DNA of 64,000 bases from Octopus sinensis. Its lineage: Eukaryota. The position numbers and the translations under genes are program-made. The notes beneath the pieces were generated by a model that was given only the letters and a program-made list of their open reading frames with translations, did no database searches and was not told the DNA's origin. Shown in pieces: positions 1 through 12,789 of the stretch. Location: assembly GCF_006345805.1 (NCBI RefSeq), contig NC_043022.1:19592001-19656000 (forward strand), in the 5' to 3' direction. Position 1 is the stretch's first letter; each line of letters starts with the position of its first letter.

Positions 1-833
1 CACACGTACTGTTTACTTTGGATGAATAATAAACAATATTCAGTGTTTTTGTATAGGCTTCGGGTGTTTTCCTATACAATGCATATATTTACTATAAACT
101 TGTGCACACGCTTTCATTCTTCAGTTTGACTCACGCCTTGAACCGGTATTTGGCTTGTATGCACCCACTACACCCACGTACCCATCCATACGCATACTCG
201 CCCATAATCAGGGCCCCTCTGCGTTCTCGCTCGTCGATGTACTAGGATAATAAACACCCAAATCCCCTTAAAACCATATACTACTGGGTTAAGGCAGGGT
301 ACATTGGCTAATATAATCATAGATGCTATATCTGAAAAAAGGGTGGGGGCGCAAAAATACGGGTTGGTCATAGTTGGAACCCTTTGATCCTCAACCGGTT
401 TATCAGATGACCTGAGTTAAATAGCAATAACAATATATTTGTAATTGATTATAGACACAAAGCACTATTTTGGGGTGAGTGGAGGGTATAATCATTTATA
501 TCGATCTCCAATACTGATCGATGTATTTTTCGACCGTGGAAGAAGAGACGTTGTTTTGAATTCGGTGAGGGTTGAAACCCGAACGTATAGGACCGTATCC
601 CTAAACATTCTAACAGTCCTTTACCAAGCCCTTGTCAGCATGTAATATCATCTGATCCACATTATCTCTCTATTATTTGTCCCCGCGTAAAAATATATCA
701 TCAAAGTGACATAGTTAAACTTCGACGAAAAATATAATGTAAGCTGGCAGAATCGGTGTGCATCGGATAAAATGCGTTAGCGTCATTTCTTACGCCCAAA
801 AATTATAAATACTACAGTTGGTACATTCGACGG

Positions 834-933
834 NNNNNNNNNNNNNNNNNNNNNNNNNNNNNNNNNNNNNNNNNNNNNNNNNNNNNNNNNNNNNNNNNNN
901 NNNNNNNNNNNNNNNNNNNNNNNNNNNNNNNNN
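834..933. other. Assembly gap (100 N)
   Basis: Run of exactly 100 N, a typical unknown-size scaffold spacer. Confidence 0.99.
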
Positions 934-1075
934 TAACTTCCCCGCAATGCATACATTTTTGCATATGTTTATTTACGTATATGTGTTTGTGTAGGAATGA
1001 GTGAGTGCTTGGATGTGCACGTGTATGTGTATTTGTACACGCATTTATATTTGTCTTTGTATGTGTGGGTACACA

Positions 1076-1720
1076 TACTCTTCATTGATGGTGTGGTCCT
1101 TTTGAAGATAGTAAACACAACGCCTTTTGCATGACAGAAAAACTGGGCCCATGACGACCTCCTTTTGAAGCAGATGAGAAAGGGTGTTTTCACTGTATGG
1201 ATCGTCGCTTTGTCTTTGACACAAAGTTATGAACCCTACCCTCATCCAAGAGTTAGAAACGTTCAAGGAAACCAGCTGGATCTGCTTCAAACAATATCAG
1301 AATAACCCATGTGTGATCAGCCTGGTGAGCTTTTGAACAGGTTTCACAAGACATAGCAGCTACCGAGCAAAATATTTTCAAATCTGTCATGGGATATGTT
1401 AACAGTATTGGCCATTTGCTTCATAGTCCATCGCCTGTCACTCATCACCATGTGGGGAATACCATCAATATTTCCCCTCCTAAATTCAGTTGGCAATTTT
1501 TGCCCCGTTGATAAAGCTGGATCGTCATCGTCTAATGCTGCAACCATGTCAGCATGAATGTACTTGGGGGCTAAACCTTTTTTCTGCAGGTTCTTGTGAA
1601 CACTGTGAAACCAAATTTTGTCTGTCGCTACTAGTTACATTTGAAGTCTTCTTTGAAGAGCCAGATGCCAGTTTACCTGGAATGAAGAAAGGATGCAATT
1701 ATTTGTAAGAAGGATAAGAT
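1076..1720 (-). mobile_element. Degenerate Tc1/mariner transposase remnant
   Basis: Broken minus-strand frames give MVMSDRRWTMKQMANTVNISHDRFENIL (mariner HTH-like) and VVMGPVF..YLQKDHTINEEY (like mariner KVMASVFWD..KG.TINGEYY). Confidence 0.7.
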
Positions 1721-2262
1721 AAAGATCATTTTCGAGTCATTCAGACATATATGGCCGGTTTTCATGGTGTATGTATTCTGCACCTGGATCGGACGACAGC
1801 CCGTCGAAGGATTACTCATTTTAGCCAGCTGAACGGACTGGAGCAACGTGAAAAGGAGTGTTCTGCTTAAAACATAATGCATTGCCTATTCAGGAATCGA
1901 AACCACAATCTTACAATTATAAGCACTAAGCCACATGCCTCCACGAGTTGAAATTAAAGCATGCAACATTTCACAGCTCTAGTATCACTCCTTCATTGTC
2001 AGCCTATGAGCTTTTCACCCTACCCTCGTATAATACATACGCAATTATGTATTTATACCCCACACCCACTCTTAGTTCTCCTGTCCCCACTCACATAGTA
2101 CCCTGTGGTGCCACCTGGATTACTCATCATCAAAATCTCTCTCTACCTCCTACTCATCATTCTCGCCCTCTCTTCTGCATGTGTGTAGCCATGTAACTTG
2201 TCTACTACAACAACTTGCTCTGTTCTCACCTCCTCTCATATTTTAATCCGTCTTCTAGTATA

Positions 2263-2463
2263 TATTTCTTTACTACCCATAAGGGGCTAAACACAGAGGG
2301 GACAAACAAGGGCAGACAAAGGGATTAAGGCGATTACATCGACTCAGTGCGAAACTGGTACGTTATTTATCGACTCAGAATTTGAACTCAGAACGTAACG
2401 ACAGACGAAATACCGCTAAGCATTTCGCCCGGCACGCTAACGTTTCTGCCACCTCGCCGTCTC
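2263..2463 (-). mobile_element. SINE family A copy (tRNA-like head, 3' tail ..gtggg(c/t)aataaagaaata)
   Basis: Matches the other family A copies, with an internal deletion. Flanked by a near-perfect TSD ccgt(c/t)ttctagtata. Confidence 0.85.
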
Positions 2464-2606
2464 TCCGTTTTCTAGTATAGAGCCGTCCAAACCCTCGAGG
2501 TGTATACTTTTTTCAGCTGCATGAAAACCTCAATGTTATTATAACACCCTTTTTATATACATACACACACACACATATATATATTGATATATTGATATAC
2601 ATATAC

Positions 2607-2669
<63 letters not shown>

Positions 2670-2794
2670 TATTTACTCTGCTATGTATTGAGTACCTTAT
2701 TTACTGTGGTTAATCCCGACTCAACCCGGGACCTACATATATATATATATATATATTTGCTCATTTGCTTTATGTTTATAAACTGCTGTTTCAG

Positions 2795-2932
2795 CGTGGA
2801 ACGTCAGTGCAATAAGGCGTGCACTATAAAAGGTGTGAACATTCCTGAAAACCTGACTGTCAGAATCGCTGTGGATGCTCTACATTACAATCCAAAATAC
2901 TGGCCAGAACCAGAAAAATTCATTCCAGAAAG
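2795..2932 (+). CDS. CYP3A-like P450 paralog A, third-last coding exon (VERQCNK..PEKFIPER)
   Basis: ttcAG acceptor, GTtagc donor, PERF-region motif; 138 nt, near-identical to paralog B exon 57345-57482. Confidence 0.93.
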
Positions 2933-3805
2933 GTTAGCAATATAAATTATGCTTTCATTCATAGACTGCTGCAGATGTGTTCATGAGATTTAGAGATTCT
3001 ATTCACAAACACCAGTTTTGTGTTTTATCGTCTGATCTACGTTTATATCACATCCTCATCTTACAAAATATTGATCTCAAATTTTGACACAAGACCAACA
3101 AGTTCCAGGAAAGGCCTAAGTCAATTGCATTGACCCCACTCCTCAACTAATATGTATTTTAGCGACCACAAAAAGATGAAAGTGGAATTTGAACTCAAAA
3201 AGGGTATAGAGAAAGGGCAGGTGGGATTGTGAAGCGAAGGGACTTATTGCATAAAAAAATGCTCAAAACACATACAAACAAGGCCATAGACAAACCAGGC
3301 TATACACACACATACAAATACACCCCTATATGTGTGTGTGTGTGTGTATTATGTGTCTGTGTGTGTGTGTTTACACACATACACGCATATACAGAGAAGC
3401 ATATATTCACTAGCTCTCCTGCTTTTAGACTATTCAATTGATAGTACGAAAATAATTGCATAAGGATAAACATGTGTACACACACACATATATAGAGAAT
3501 TTCCTTTCTTTACACAAACACAACACACACACACGTCCCAGCGCGCAAATGTACTTATGCAAGCCAGTAACAGCTTGTACACACGCAGCTACTTAAGTAA
3601 ACTTATACACATATAGACATGCACACGCACACAAACACACACACACAAACACACACACACAAACACACACACACAAACACACACACACAAACACACACAC
3701 ACACACACACCTGTGTATGTGGGAAAGTGTACATTTAAACAAACACCCACATATATATTCACTCATATCCATGCGCATAAATGCACACATGAATATACAT
3801 ACATA

Positions 3806-4219
3806 GGCGCAGGAGTGGTTGTGTGGTAAGTAGCTTGCTTACCAACCACATGGCTCCGGGTTCAGTCCCACTGCGTGGCATCTTGGGCAAGTGTCTTCTG
3901 CTATAGCCTCGGGCCGACCAAAGCCTTGTGAGTGGATATGGTAGACGGAAACTGAAAGAAGCCCGTCGTATGTATGTATATATATATGTGTGCGTGCATG
4001 TTTGTGTGTCTGTGTTTGTCCCCCTAGCATTGCTTGAAATCGATGCTGGTGTGTTTACGTCGCCGTTACTTAGCGGTTCGGCAAAAGAAACCGATAGAAT
4101 AATTACTGGGCTTACAAAGAATAAGTCCCGGGGTCGATTTGCTCGACTAAAGGCGGTGCTCCAGCATGGCCGCAGTCAAATGACTGAAACAAGTAAAAGG
4201 GATAAAAGAGTAAAAGAGA
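3806..4219 (+). mobile_element. SINE family B (CORE-like domain ttgggcaagtgtc, internal TA/TG microsatellite, taaaagag tail)
   Basis: Head ggcgcaggagtggctgtgtggtaag with Pol III-like A/B boxes; more than 10 similar copies in the window. Confidence 0.88.
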
Positions 4220-4924
4220 ATATATGTACTTATAAGTTCACATACATTTAAGTTCATTCGTAATTCCACTCAATTTTTTATGTATTCATAATCTCAAATG
4301 TACATGTATACGTGTACCTTAAATAAATAGAGCAGCTGCATATTCTGATGTAACCACAAAGACAGCTAGGTATTCAGAGGTAGCAGGAAGGGATAGACCA
4401 CTATACCTTAGTGCCTGATGGAGAAAAAAGAAACTATATGTGTGTACAAGCGCCTGATATCCCGGTTACTGAGTGGCAAATCTACATTCAGTAAAGTTTT
4501 ATGAAATTTATGATTGCAGCTTATAATCAGTTATTGTGCTTATTAAACCTATTCAGAAATGGGAGTGTTCCTGTAAAAAAATAATTTGCAACCCTTTTCT
4601 TTGTATCATAAAGAAAGACAGTTCATATAATCAATCAGGAAATTGACTAACTAATATTGTTATTTGTCAAATTAGTGTCGCCAATGAAGTGTTATGCTCT
4701 TTCCTCCTATATTTTAGAGAATTAATGATTTATCAGTCTTGTCTTATGTTTGTTCGCCGTAGCACCCACAAAGAGTTAAATATTATCGTTATGTAGTACA
4801 TGTGCGTATGGATGCCAGTAAAATGAAGTGGCTAACGTTAAGAAGCTTTTGACCAGAGGAGATCCCTATCTAAACAACATCAACAATATATGGCTATTTA
4901 TTCAAGTACTTTTGTCATTTACAG

Positions 4925-5087
4925 ATTTAGCGAAGAAGCAAAGTCTAAACAAGTGCCGTTCACCTACTTACCATTTGGTGCAGGACCAAGAATGTGTCTT
5001 GGAACGAGACTGGCCAAGCTGGAGTTCAAGATAGCAGCTGTTGAAATGATTCGAAATTTCAAAATTCTTCGAACTGAAAAAACCGAA
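4925..5087 (+). CDS. CYP3A-like P450 paralog A, heme-binding exon (FGAGPRMCLG)
   Basis: FxxGxRxCxG motif; AG/GTAAGT splice sites; 163 nt, in phase with the flanking exons. Confidence 0.96.
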
Positions 5088-5665
5088 GTAAGTTCTATTG
5101 TTTCTTTTGTAAACTTTGAAATATATATCAAATTTATGGGTATATATTTTAAATACGTATATATATATTCTTTTTCTTGCTTTTATTTTGTAACGAGGTA
5201 ATTTCCTCTCAAGCTGTTTAGTCTGAAACATAGGTTCAATTCCCAGTCGAGACTTTATCTTTTATACTTTTATCTTTTACTTGTTCCTGTCATTGGACAG
5301 TGGCCATGCTAGAGCACCACATGGAAGGATTTCCTTAAATAAATCAACTTCAGCACTTATTTCAATATCTGGCTTTCATTCTATCGGTCTCTTTTACTAC
5401 TCGACAATGATACTTTTACTACTCTACGGGAACGTAAACAAACCAACACCGGTCATCAAGCATTGATGCGGTAACAAACGAAAGTGTAACACGCACACAT
5501 CTATGCGACCTCGTGTGTACCGTTGGCGATTTTTTTCCTCTGTCTTCCCTTCTCTGGATCTTTCCTTCTCCTATGTTTCCGACGAAGAGCGTCCAATAAT
5601 ACTATATTTGTTTGTTCCACGTCCTTGCGTTGTTGTGTTTTTTGTACTTTCTTGTTTGGATTAAC

Positions 5666-5697
<32 letters not shown>

Positions 5698-6462
5698 AAT
5701 ATATACGACGGACTTCCACATGGTTTCCGTCTATCAAATTCACGCACAAAGAATTAGTCGGTCCAGGACAGTAGTACAAATTGTCTGTCCAGTTTAGAAT
5801 GTAGTGGGACTGAACCCGAAGCCCCGTGTTTACAAAGCCAGCTTCATAACCACGTAGTCATACCCACATCCTGTACATTTTTAACCTAAAGAAAATCTTG
5901 TTATTAATCTCTGTAGTTGCAACCATATCTGCATGGTTTCAAATTCAATTTCCCTGGAAGGAATGCCTTGAACAGGGGTCACTTGTGTCGCAGTTTTTGT
6001 AAAACTGGTCTTGTATTGAAGTGGTCGTCATCATCGGTTGTCTTTAATACCACCATCATATTGCCTGGAGTTACCGTTAGTGAGCGAAGAACCAGATCCT
6101 TAAAGAAAAACACTGGGGTCGATTTCTTCAGCTAAACTCTTCAAGGTGGTGCTTCAGCATGATCGCAGTCCTGTGCCTACACCAACTAAAAGGATTTGTG
6201 TGTGTGTTTGTATATGTATATGTATATGTGTATGTGTGTGTTTGTGCGTTTGTGTTTGTGCGCGCGTGTGTGTGAGTGTGTGTGTGTGAACAGGTCGCGG
6301 TCTCAAAGCGCCGAAAATATTTTGACAAATCAAATTTAAATGTGGAAGTGAATCTAACGGTTTTGTGTGATTCTTAAATGGCTTATAAACACCTTCCATG
6401 CTGCAATTGTTTTCGTTCCAGCACACGATCTCAGATCAGGTTACTTGCTATGCGAGTACATC

Positions 6463-6506
<44 letters not shown>

Positions 6507-6944
6507 ATATATAATATATATATATATAATATATATATATATATGTATAATAGAAATATTAAAATTACTAAGTCTCTCTAAAAGAGAACAACGGCAGCGT
6601 TCCCGGAAAATAATAGTTATCGCCATACTAATATGGCATTCTAAACATGGTTGCAACTACAGAGATTAATAACAAGATTTTCTTTAGGTAAAAAATGTAC
6701 AGGATGTGGGTATGACTACGTGGTTATGAAGCTGGCTTTGTAAACACGGGGCTTCGGGTTCAGTCCCACTACATTCTAAACTGGACAGACAATTTGAACA
6801 GAGATTGCCGTTGTTCTCTTTTAGAGAGACTTAGTAATTTTAATATTTCTATTATTGAAAACAAGTGGATGTATTCCACCGAAGCTAGGTAAATAAAACC
6901 TTTGAACAGAGATTGTCAGAAGCGACACCTACTGGTCTGGCTAC

Positions 6945-6986
6945 GCTGCATTGAAAAGGGGCAATACCCCGAAACGCGTCTGTAGC
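6945..6986 (+). ncRNA. Minimal type I hammerhead ribozyme, U3-A8 core variant, copy 1
   Basis: gctgca TTGAAAA gggg caata cccc GAA acgcgt C tgtagc: stem I gctgca/tgtagc, stem II GGGG/CCCC, palindromic stem III ACGCGU, GUC cleavage after 6980. Confidence 0.82.
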
Positions 6987-7306
6987 TGCCGGCCAAGTAG
7001 TGTGGAGCGACTGACCTCCCTTGTTCAAAGGTATATGGATACAGTTTGTGTATCAAATAGCTAACTTAAGGCGATGGCCTCATGGAGCTAATAAGCGGTC
7101 AGCTTTATTCTTATTTTTATAAGAATGCCATATTAGTATGGCGATAACTATTATTTTCCGGGAACGCTGCCGTTGTTCTCTTTTAGAGAGACTTAGTAAT
7201 TTTAATATTTCTATTATTGAAAACAAGTGGATGTATTCCACCGAAGCTAGGTAAATAAAACCTTTGAACAGAGATTGTCAGAAGCGACACCTACTGGTCT
7301 GGCTAC

Positions 7307-7348
7307 GCTGCATTGAAAAGGGGCAATACCCCGAAACGCGTCTGTAGC
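7307..7348 (+). ncRNA. Hammerhead ribozyme U3-A8 variant, copy 2
   Basis: Identical to copy 1; predicted cleavage after 7342. Confidence 0.82.
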
Positions 7349-7669
7349 TGCCGGCCAAGTAGTGTGGAGCGACTGACCTCCCTTGTTCAAAGGTTATATG
7401 GATACAGTTTGTGTATCAAATAGCTAACTTAAGGCGATGGCCTCATGGAGCTAATAAGCGGTCAGCTTTATTCTTATTTTTATAAGAATGCCATATTAGT
7501 ATGGCGATAACTATTATTTTCCGGGAACGCTGCCGTTGTTCTCTTTTAGAGAGACTTAGTAATTTTAATATTTCTATTATTGAAAACAAGTGGATGTATT
7601 CCACCGAAGCTAGGTAAATAAAACCTTTGAACAGAGATTGTCAGAAGCGACACCTACTGGTCTGGCTAC

Positions 7670-7711
7670 GCTGCATTGAAAAGGGGCAATACCCCGAAAC
7701 GCGTCTGTAGC
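7670..7711 (+). ncRNA. Hammerhead ribozyme U3-A8 variant, copy 3
   Basis: Identical to copy 1; predicted cleavage after 7705. Confidence 0.82.
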
Positions 7712-7951
7712 TGCCGGCCAAGTAGTGTGGAGCGACTGACCTCCCTTGTTCAAAGGTTATATGGATACAGTTTGTGTATCAAATAGCTAACTTAAGGCGA
7801 TGGCCTCATGGAGCTAATAAGCGGTCAGCTTTATTCTTATTTTTATAAGAATGTCATATTAGTACGGCGATAACTATTATATATATGTAAGTATATGTAT
7901 ATTTGTATGCTTGTCATATGATTAAATAACATACATATGTCTCTCTTCCAG

Positions 7952-8035
7952 GACCCTCTTGCATTAGACGACAGTGTCTTTCTGGCTGCCAAAAACGGAG
8001 TTTGGGTGAAGTTTGAACGAAGATTAAAAAAATAA
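7952..8035 (+). CDS. CYP3A-like P450 paralog A, terminal coding exon (DPLALDDSVFLAAKNGVWVKFERRLKK*)
   Basis: cttccAG acceptor, phase 0, TAA stop; homologous to 60121-60204. Confidence 0.92.
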   Translation, partial: DPLALDDSVFLAAKNGVWVKFERRLKK

Positions 8036-8292
8036 CGTGTAGTACTGCACAAATAAATAAATCTTTTGTAAAATTATATACGATGTAATCATTGATTGCA
8101 AAAGCAACGTAAAATATAAAAATAATAAGCGTCATTATAAAACTGGAAAATGTAAAGATAATATTTTGAATAACGTTTCCTTTTCTTCGAACAATAAATT
8201 TTTGTTGGTATATATTTTATTGATCATTAAAAACAAATCTCGTATAGACTTTATCAGAGAGCAACGGTTCTACTGTTGACATTACAAATGTG

Positions 8293-8298
8293 AATAAA
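8293..8298 (+). terminator. Candidate polyadenylation signal of paralog A
   Basis: AATAAA in the context aaatgtgAATAAA, conserved in paralog B (60458-60463) and followed by T-rich sequence. Confidence 0.5.
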
Positions 8299-8814
8299 TT
8301 TCTATTTTTAATAGTAACTGTTAATGATTTTGTTTCAATCCTTTTACTATTTTCATTTTGTCTTTCTTACATTTAACACCTGACACATTGTTACTTCTCA
8401 TCTTTTCTCTCTCTCTCTCTCACGCACGCGCATGCACACATTTATTTTCTCCTCTCTCTCTCTCCACCCCTCCCCCTCTCTCCTCAGGAAAAACAAAAGA
8501 TTAACGGATAAGATGAGATGGTTTTTCTTTACAGAAATTGTTGTAATGAGAAATGTTACAAACTTTTAAGGTTCCTAAGATTTGCCTTATCTCACAAAAT
8601 GGGATATTCACAATTGTTTCCACATGAACAGATGTATATTAACCAACTGGAAAGTGCAACCAAAGAGGACAACTATTCCTCTTTGGAATTACTGTACTTT
8701 GTTGTTTTCTTTTGCCTGTTTATTTTTTCTTTTGTTTATATCATTCTTATTTCTATATTTTATCTACCTTTGCTTTATTTTATTTTTCTCAGAACCGACG
8801 GAGTTCCATGATAT

Positions 8815-11190
8815 GTGTGTGTGTGTGTGTGTATGTATATATGTATGTATGTATGTATGTTAGTTAGTTAGTTATTTTTTGGCTCAAAAAAAAGCAAGGC
8901 CATGTCGGGGGACATGGAGTTATGTACAGGGTGGTGTTCATGTAAAGAGTTCAGGCCACTTGAGGTCAAGGAAGACTTTGAACCGAGCGATCGTCGGCAT
9001 CTTCACCATCTCGTCCGGCAGCTTATTCCACGGATCCGCAACCCGGACGGAGAAAGCCCCTCTCTTTCGATTGAGATGAAATCGTCGCAGATAGAGCTTT
9101 TCGGAATGACCCCGCAGCCGACGCTCTGGAGCAGGAGTGAAGAACAGCTATTTCGAGAGGTTACACTTTCCGCTTTTGATGTATGTATGTATGTATGTAT
9201 GTATGTATGTATGTATGTATGTATGTATGTATGTATACAATTAGGGGGTTATGTTAGCTTGATGAAGGGATGGTATCATCCAAGGAAATACTGGTTCATT
9301 ACCAAATGTTTTGGGGGGAATCAACTTCCTTAAAATAATAATTATATCTCTTATTATAAAAGGCAGATTCTATCTGCCTCCCTTTGTATCTTATAGAAAT
9401 CTACAATATAGGATTTCTTCAATTACAATTTACCTAGCATTTTTAAGAGTAGAATGCATCGGGTCGTGCCAGGTCCAGTTTTTAAAATTTCAACCCCAAT
9501 TAAGCTAAATTTAGAGAAAACTCACATTGTGGTGTATGAGTCAAATGCTTTTCTTAGTGTGGGTTACAGCACTCGCACACACACACACACAAAAAGGGAG
9601 CGATCTGATTCACTCACGCTATCACTCTCATTTCTACGACTTTCTCTTTGCAAGTGTGCAACGATTAAACTGAAACTATTTCTATAAAACGGATCACTCA
9701 TGCTATCAACATAATTTCTCCCACTTTCTCTTTGCAAGTGTACCTTAAACCACTACTAAAAAAATAAAAAACACAGCAAACAGAAACAAATAAATACATA
9801 ACGATTTACTCCTCACACAATTTCTTCAATTAGAGTTTACCTAAGATTTTTCAAAGTACTCCATTCGGTCATGCCATAAAAAATTTCTTTCAATTTCACC
9901 CCCAATTAAGACAAAATTCGAGAAAACTCAATATTTTAACATTTCACTCCGTAAGCATTGATGTACATGTGTGCGTGCGTGAGTGTGTGTGTGTGTGTGT
10001 GTGTGTGTATGTATATATGTATGTATGTATGTATGTATGTTAGTTAGTTAGTTAGTTAGTTAATTTTTTGGCTCAAAAAAAAGCAAGGCCATGTCGGGGG
10101 ACATGGAGTTATGTACAGGGTGGTGTTCATGTAAAGAGTTCAGGCCACTTGAGGTCAAGGAAGACTTTGAACCGAGCGATCGTCGGCATCTTCACCATCT
10201 CGTCCGGCAGCTTATTCCACGGATCCGCAACCCGGACGGAGAAAGCCCCTCTCTTTCGATTGAGATGAAATCGTCGCAGATAGAGCTTTTCGGAATGACC
10301 CCGCAGCCGACGCTCTGGAGCAGGAGTGAAGAACAGCTATTTCGAGAGGTTACACTTTCCGCTTTTGATGTATGTATGTATGTATGTATGTATGTATGTA
10401 TGTATGTATGTATGTATGTATACAATTAGGGGGTTATGTTAGCTTGATGAAGGGATGGTATCATCCAAGGAAATACTGGTTCATTACCAAATGTTTTGGG
10501 GGGAATCAACTTCCTTAAAATAATAGTTATATCTCTTATTATAAAAGGCAGATTCTATCTGCCTCCCTTTGTATCTTATAGAAATCTACAATATAGGATT
10601 TCTTCAATACAATTTACCTAGCATTTTTAAGAGTAGAATGCATCGGGTCGTGCCAGGTCCAGTTTTTAAAATTTCAACCCCAATTAAGCTAAATTTAGAG
10701 AAAACTCACATTGTGGTGTATGAGTCAAATGCTTTTCTTAGTGTGGGTTACAGCACTCGCACACACACACACACAAAAAGGGAGCGATCTGATTCACTCA
10801 CGCTATCACTCTCATTTCTACGACTTTCTCTTTGCAAGTGTGCAACGATTAAACTGAAACTATTTCTATAAAACGGATCACTCATGCTATCAACATAATT
10901 TCTCCCACTTTCTCTTTGCAAGTGTACCTTAAACCACTACTAAAAAAATAAAAAACACAGCAAACAGAAACAAATAAATACATAACGATTTACTCCTCAC
11001 ACAATTTCTTCAATTAGAGTTTACCTAAGATTTTTCAAAGTACTCCATTCGGTCATGCCATAAAAAATTTCTTTCAATTTCACCCCCAATTAAGACAAAA
11101 TTCGAGAAAACTCAATATTTTAACATTTCACTCCGTAAGCATTGATGTACATGTGTGCGTGCGTGAGTGTGTGTGTGTGTGTGTGTGTGT
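8815..11190. repeat. Near-perfect ~1189-bp tandem duplication
   Basis: The same ORFs recur at 8879 and 10068 (offset 1189); breakpoints lie in GT/GTAT microsatellites. Confidence 0.9.
8860..9175 (-). mobile_element. CR1-like LINE 3' fragment with (CTAA)n tail (second copy ~10040-10365)
   Basis: Minus strand reads RLRGHSEKLYLRRFHLNRKRGAFSVRVADPWNKLP, a CR1 ORF2 C-terminal signature. Confidence 0.8.
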
Positions 11191-12340
11191 TTGTTTGATG
11201 GGTTGTGCGACACAGAAAGTGTGGTGTGTAAGTGAAGTGCTTTTGTTAGTGTGTGTAAAGAGACAGAGAGAGTGAAAGACAGAAATAACTGAACTTTTTT
11301 ATTCACTTTTTGTAGTGAGTGACTGAGAGAGAAAAGAGAGAGAGGGGTTATGTATGTATATATGTATGTATGGCTTCAGTGACACACACACACAAAAACA
11401 CATACCTACGTACACCTAAAGCACGCACACACACACACACAAGCGGAGCGCGAACTTTAAAATTTTGGTAGTATTAATTTGCGAGCGTACTTCTAAGCGC
11501 GCATAATTGAAAGTTTTCACTATGATATCATCACGTGCGAAAAAATTCGAAGGGTTTTGAACAATTGAGATACAGATGTCACGCCTGTATTGAAACCATT
11601 GCTAAGCTGCCGTAATTGCTTAATTAAGACTTTGTTTAAATTGAAAGGGGCAAATATGTGACGAGGTTGAAAAAAAATACCCCAGAAAAAAAAATGTACT
11701 GCTGGTATTTATATAATTCACTACTATTTTGCTATAATGTCATGAAAAAGAAAAAATTTAGGTATGTACAACATATATTATACATTTTTTCTATTCATTC
11801 AATTCATTCAACGAAAATAAAAAAATCGAATTCGCCACCCCCTTTTCCCCGTTCGCGTTTGTGTAAAAAAAAATTATTATTCAAGTTTTAAAAATTATTT
11901 ACTTTGTTCAAAAAATATTAATATTAATTAATTTTCAAGAATTATTTAATTTATATAATTAATTCATTAATTTTATTCTGTAAAATAGTAATTAATTCAT
12001 TTATCTGTAAATCCGCAAGGTTGTTACTCAGGCACCTAGAAATAGCAGCCAGATTTTTATATTCTAAATAATTTGCAATTTCAAAAAATATATTAATTTT
12101 GCGTTATTTAATTTGATAAATTCTACGGAATAATTTTGCGCGTTATATACGTTCGCGTTTCTGTAAAAAAAAGTAATTATTTAAGGGCGATCGAGTATCG
12201 AGTACCTACGTCTGGCTCGCGCGCACGCGCGAATCCGCGTGTGCGCAACCGGGACCACTCTGCGATACAAGTACCCATATATACATCCATACATACATGT
12301 GTGTGTGTGTCTATGTATGTGTATTAATGTGTGTGTGTTA

Positions 12341-12697
12341 TCTCTATATAAAGCTAAAGTTGTCTGTGTGCGCCACGTTTGGTAACCTTCAACTAACACT
12401 ACCTCCTCCGAGACCCTGCGGCGCAAGTTGACCAAAATTGAGAGTATGATAGAAGAAGGGTTGCTCTTCCTTCCGTAGAACATAAAATTCAAATTGGACC
12501 ATGTTAACACCAAAAATTATTTACATCAAAAAGCTGCTTTTTTCTATGAAAATCCCTATTTTTTACGATTTTTTCACTGCTGTGTCGCCACTTTTCGGTG
12601 TATTTCAACCAGAAAAATGTTCACAAAATTTTTACTTTTCAAAATTACAATTCCAGCGAGTCGAAACAAACCCGAGCAACGCCGGGCGATACTGCTA

Positions 12698-12698
<1 letters not shown>
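12341..12698 (+). mobile_element. Non-autonomous Helitron-like element
   Basis: 5' TC start, subterminal hairpin cccgagcaacgccggg, 3' CTAG, inserted between A and T. Confidence 0.75.

Positions 12699-12782
<84 letters not shown>

Positions 12783-12789
<7 letters not shown>

Larger units (their letters stand above)
6806..7878 (+). repeat. Tandem array of ~3 x 362-363-nt units, each with a hammerhead ribozyme motif (retrozyme / Penelope pLTR-like)
   Basis: Near-identical units. An inverted partial copy lies at ~6548-6642 and there are TA-rich flanks. Confidence 0.9.

Noticed and set aside
3928-4251. Recurrent ORFs such as DAGVFTSPLLSGSAKETDR and RNWYLIYRPRKDERQSRPRRN
   Set aside because: Chance translations of SINE families A and B.
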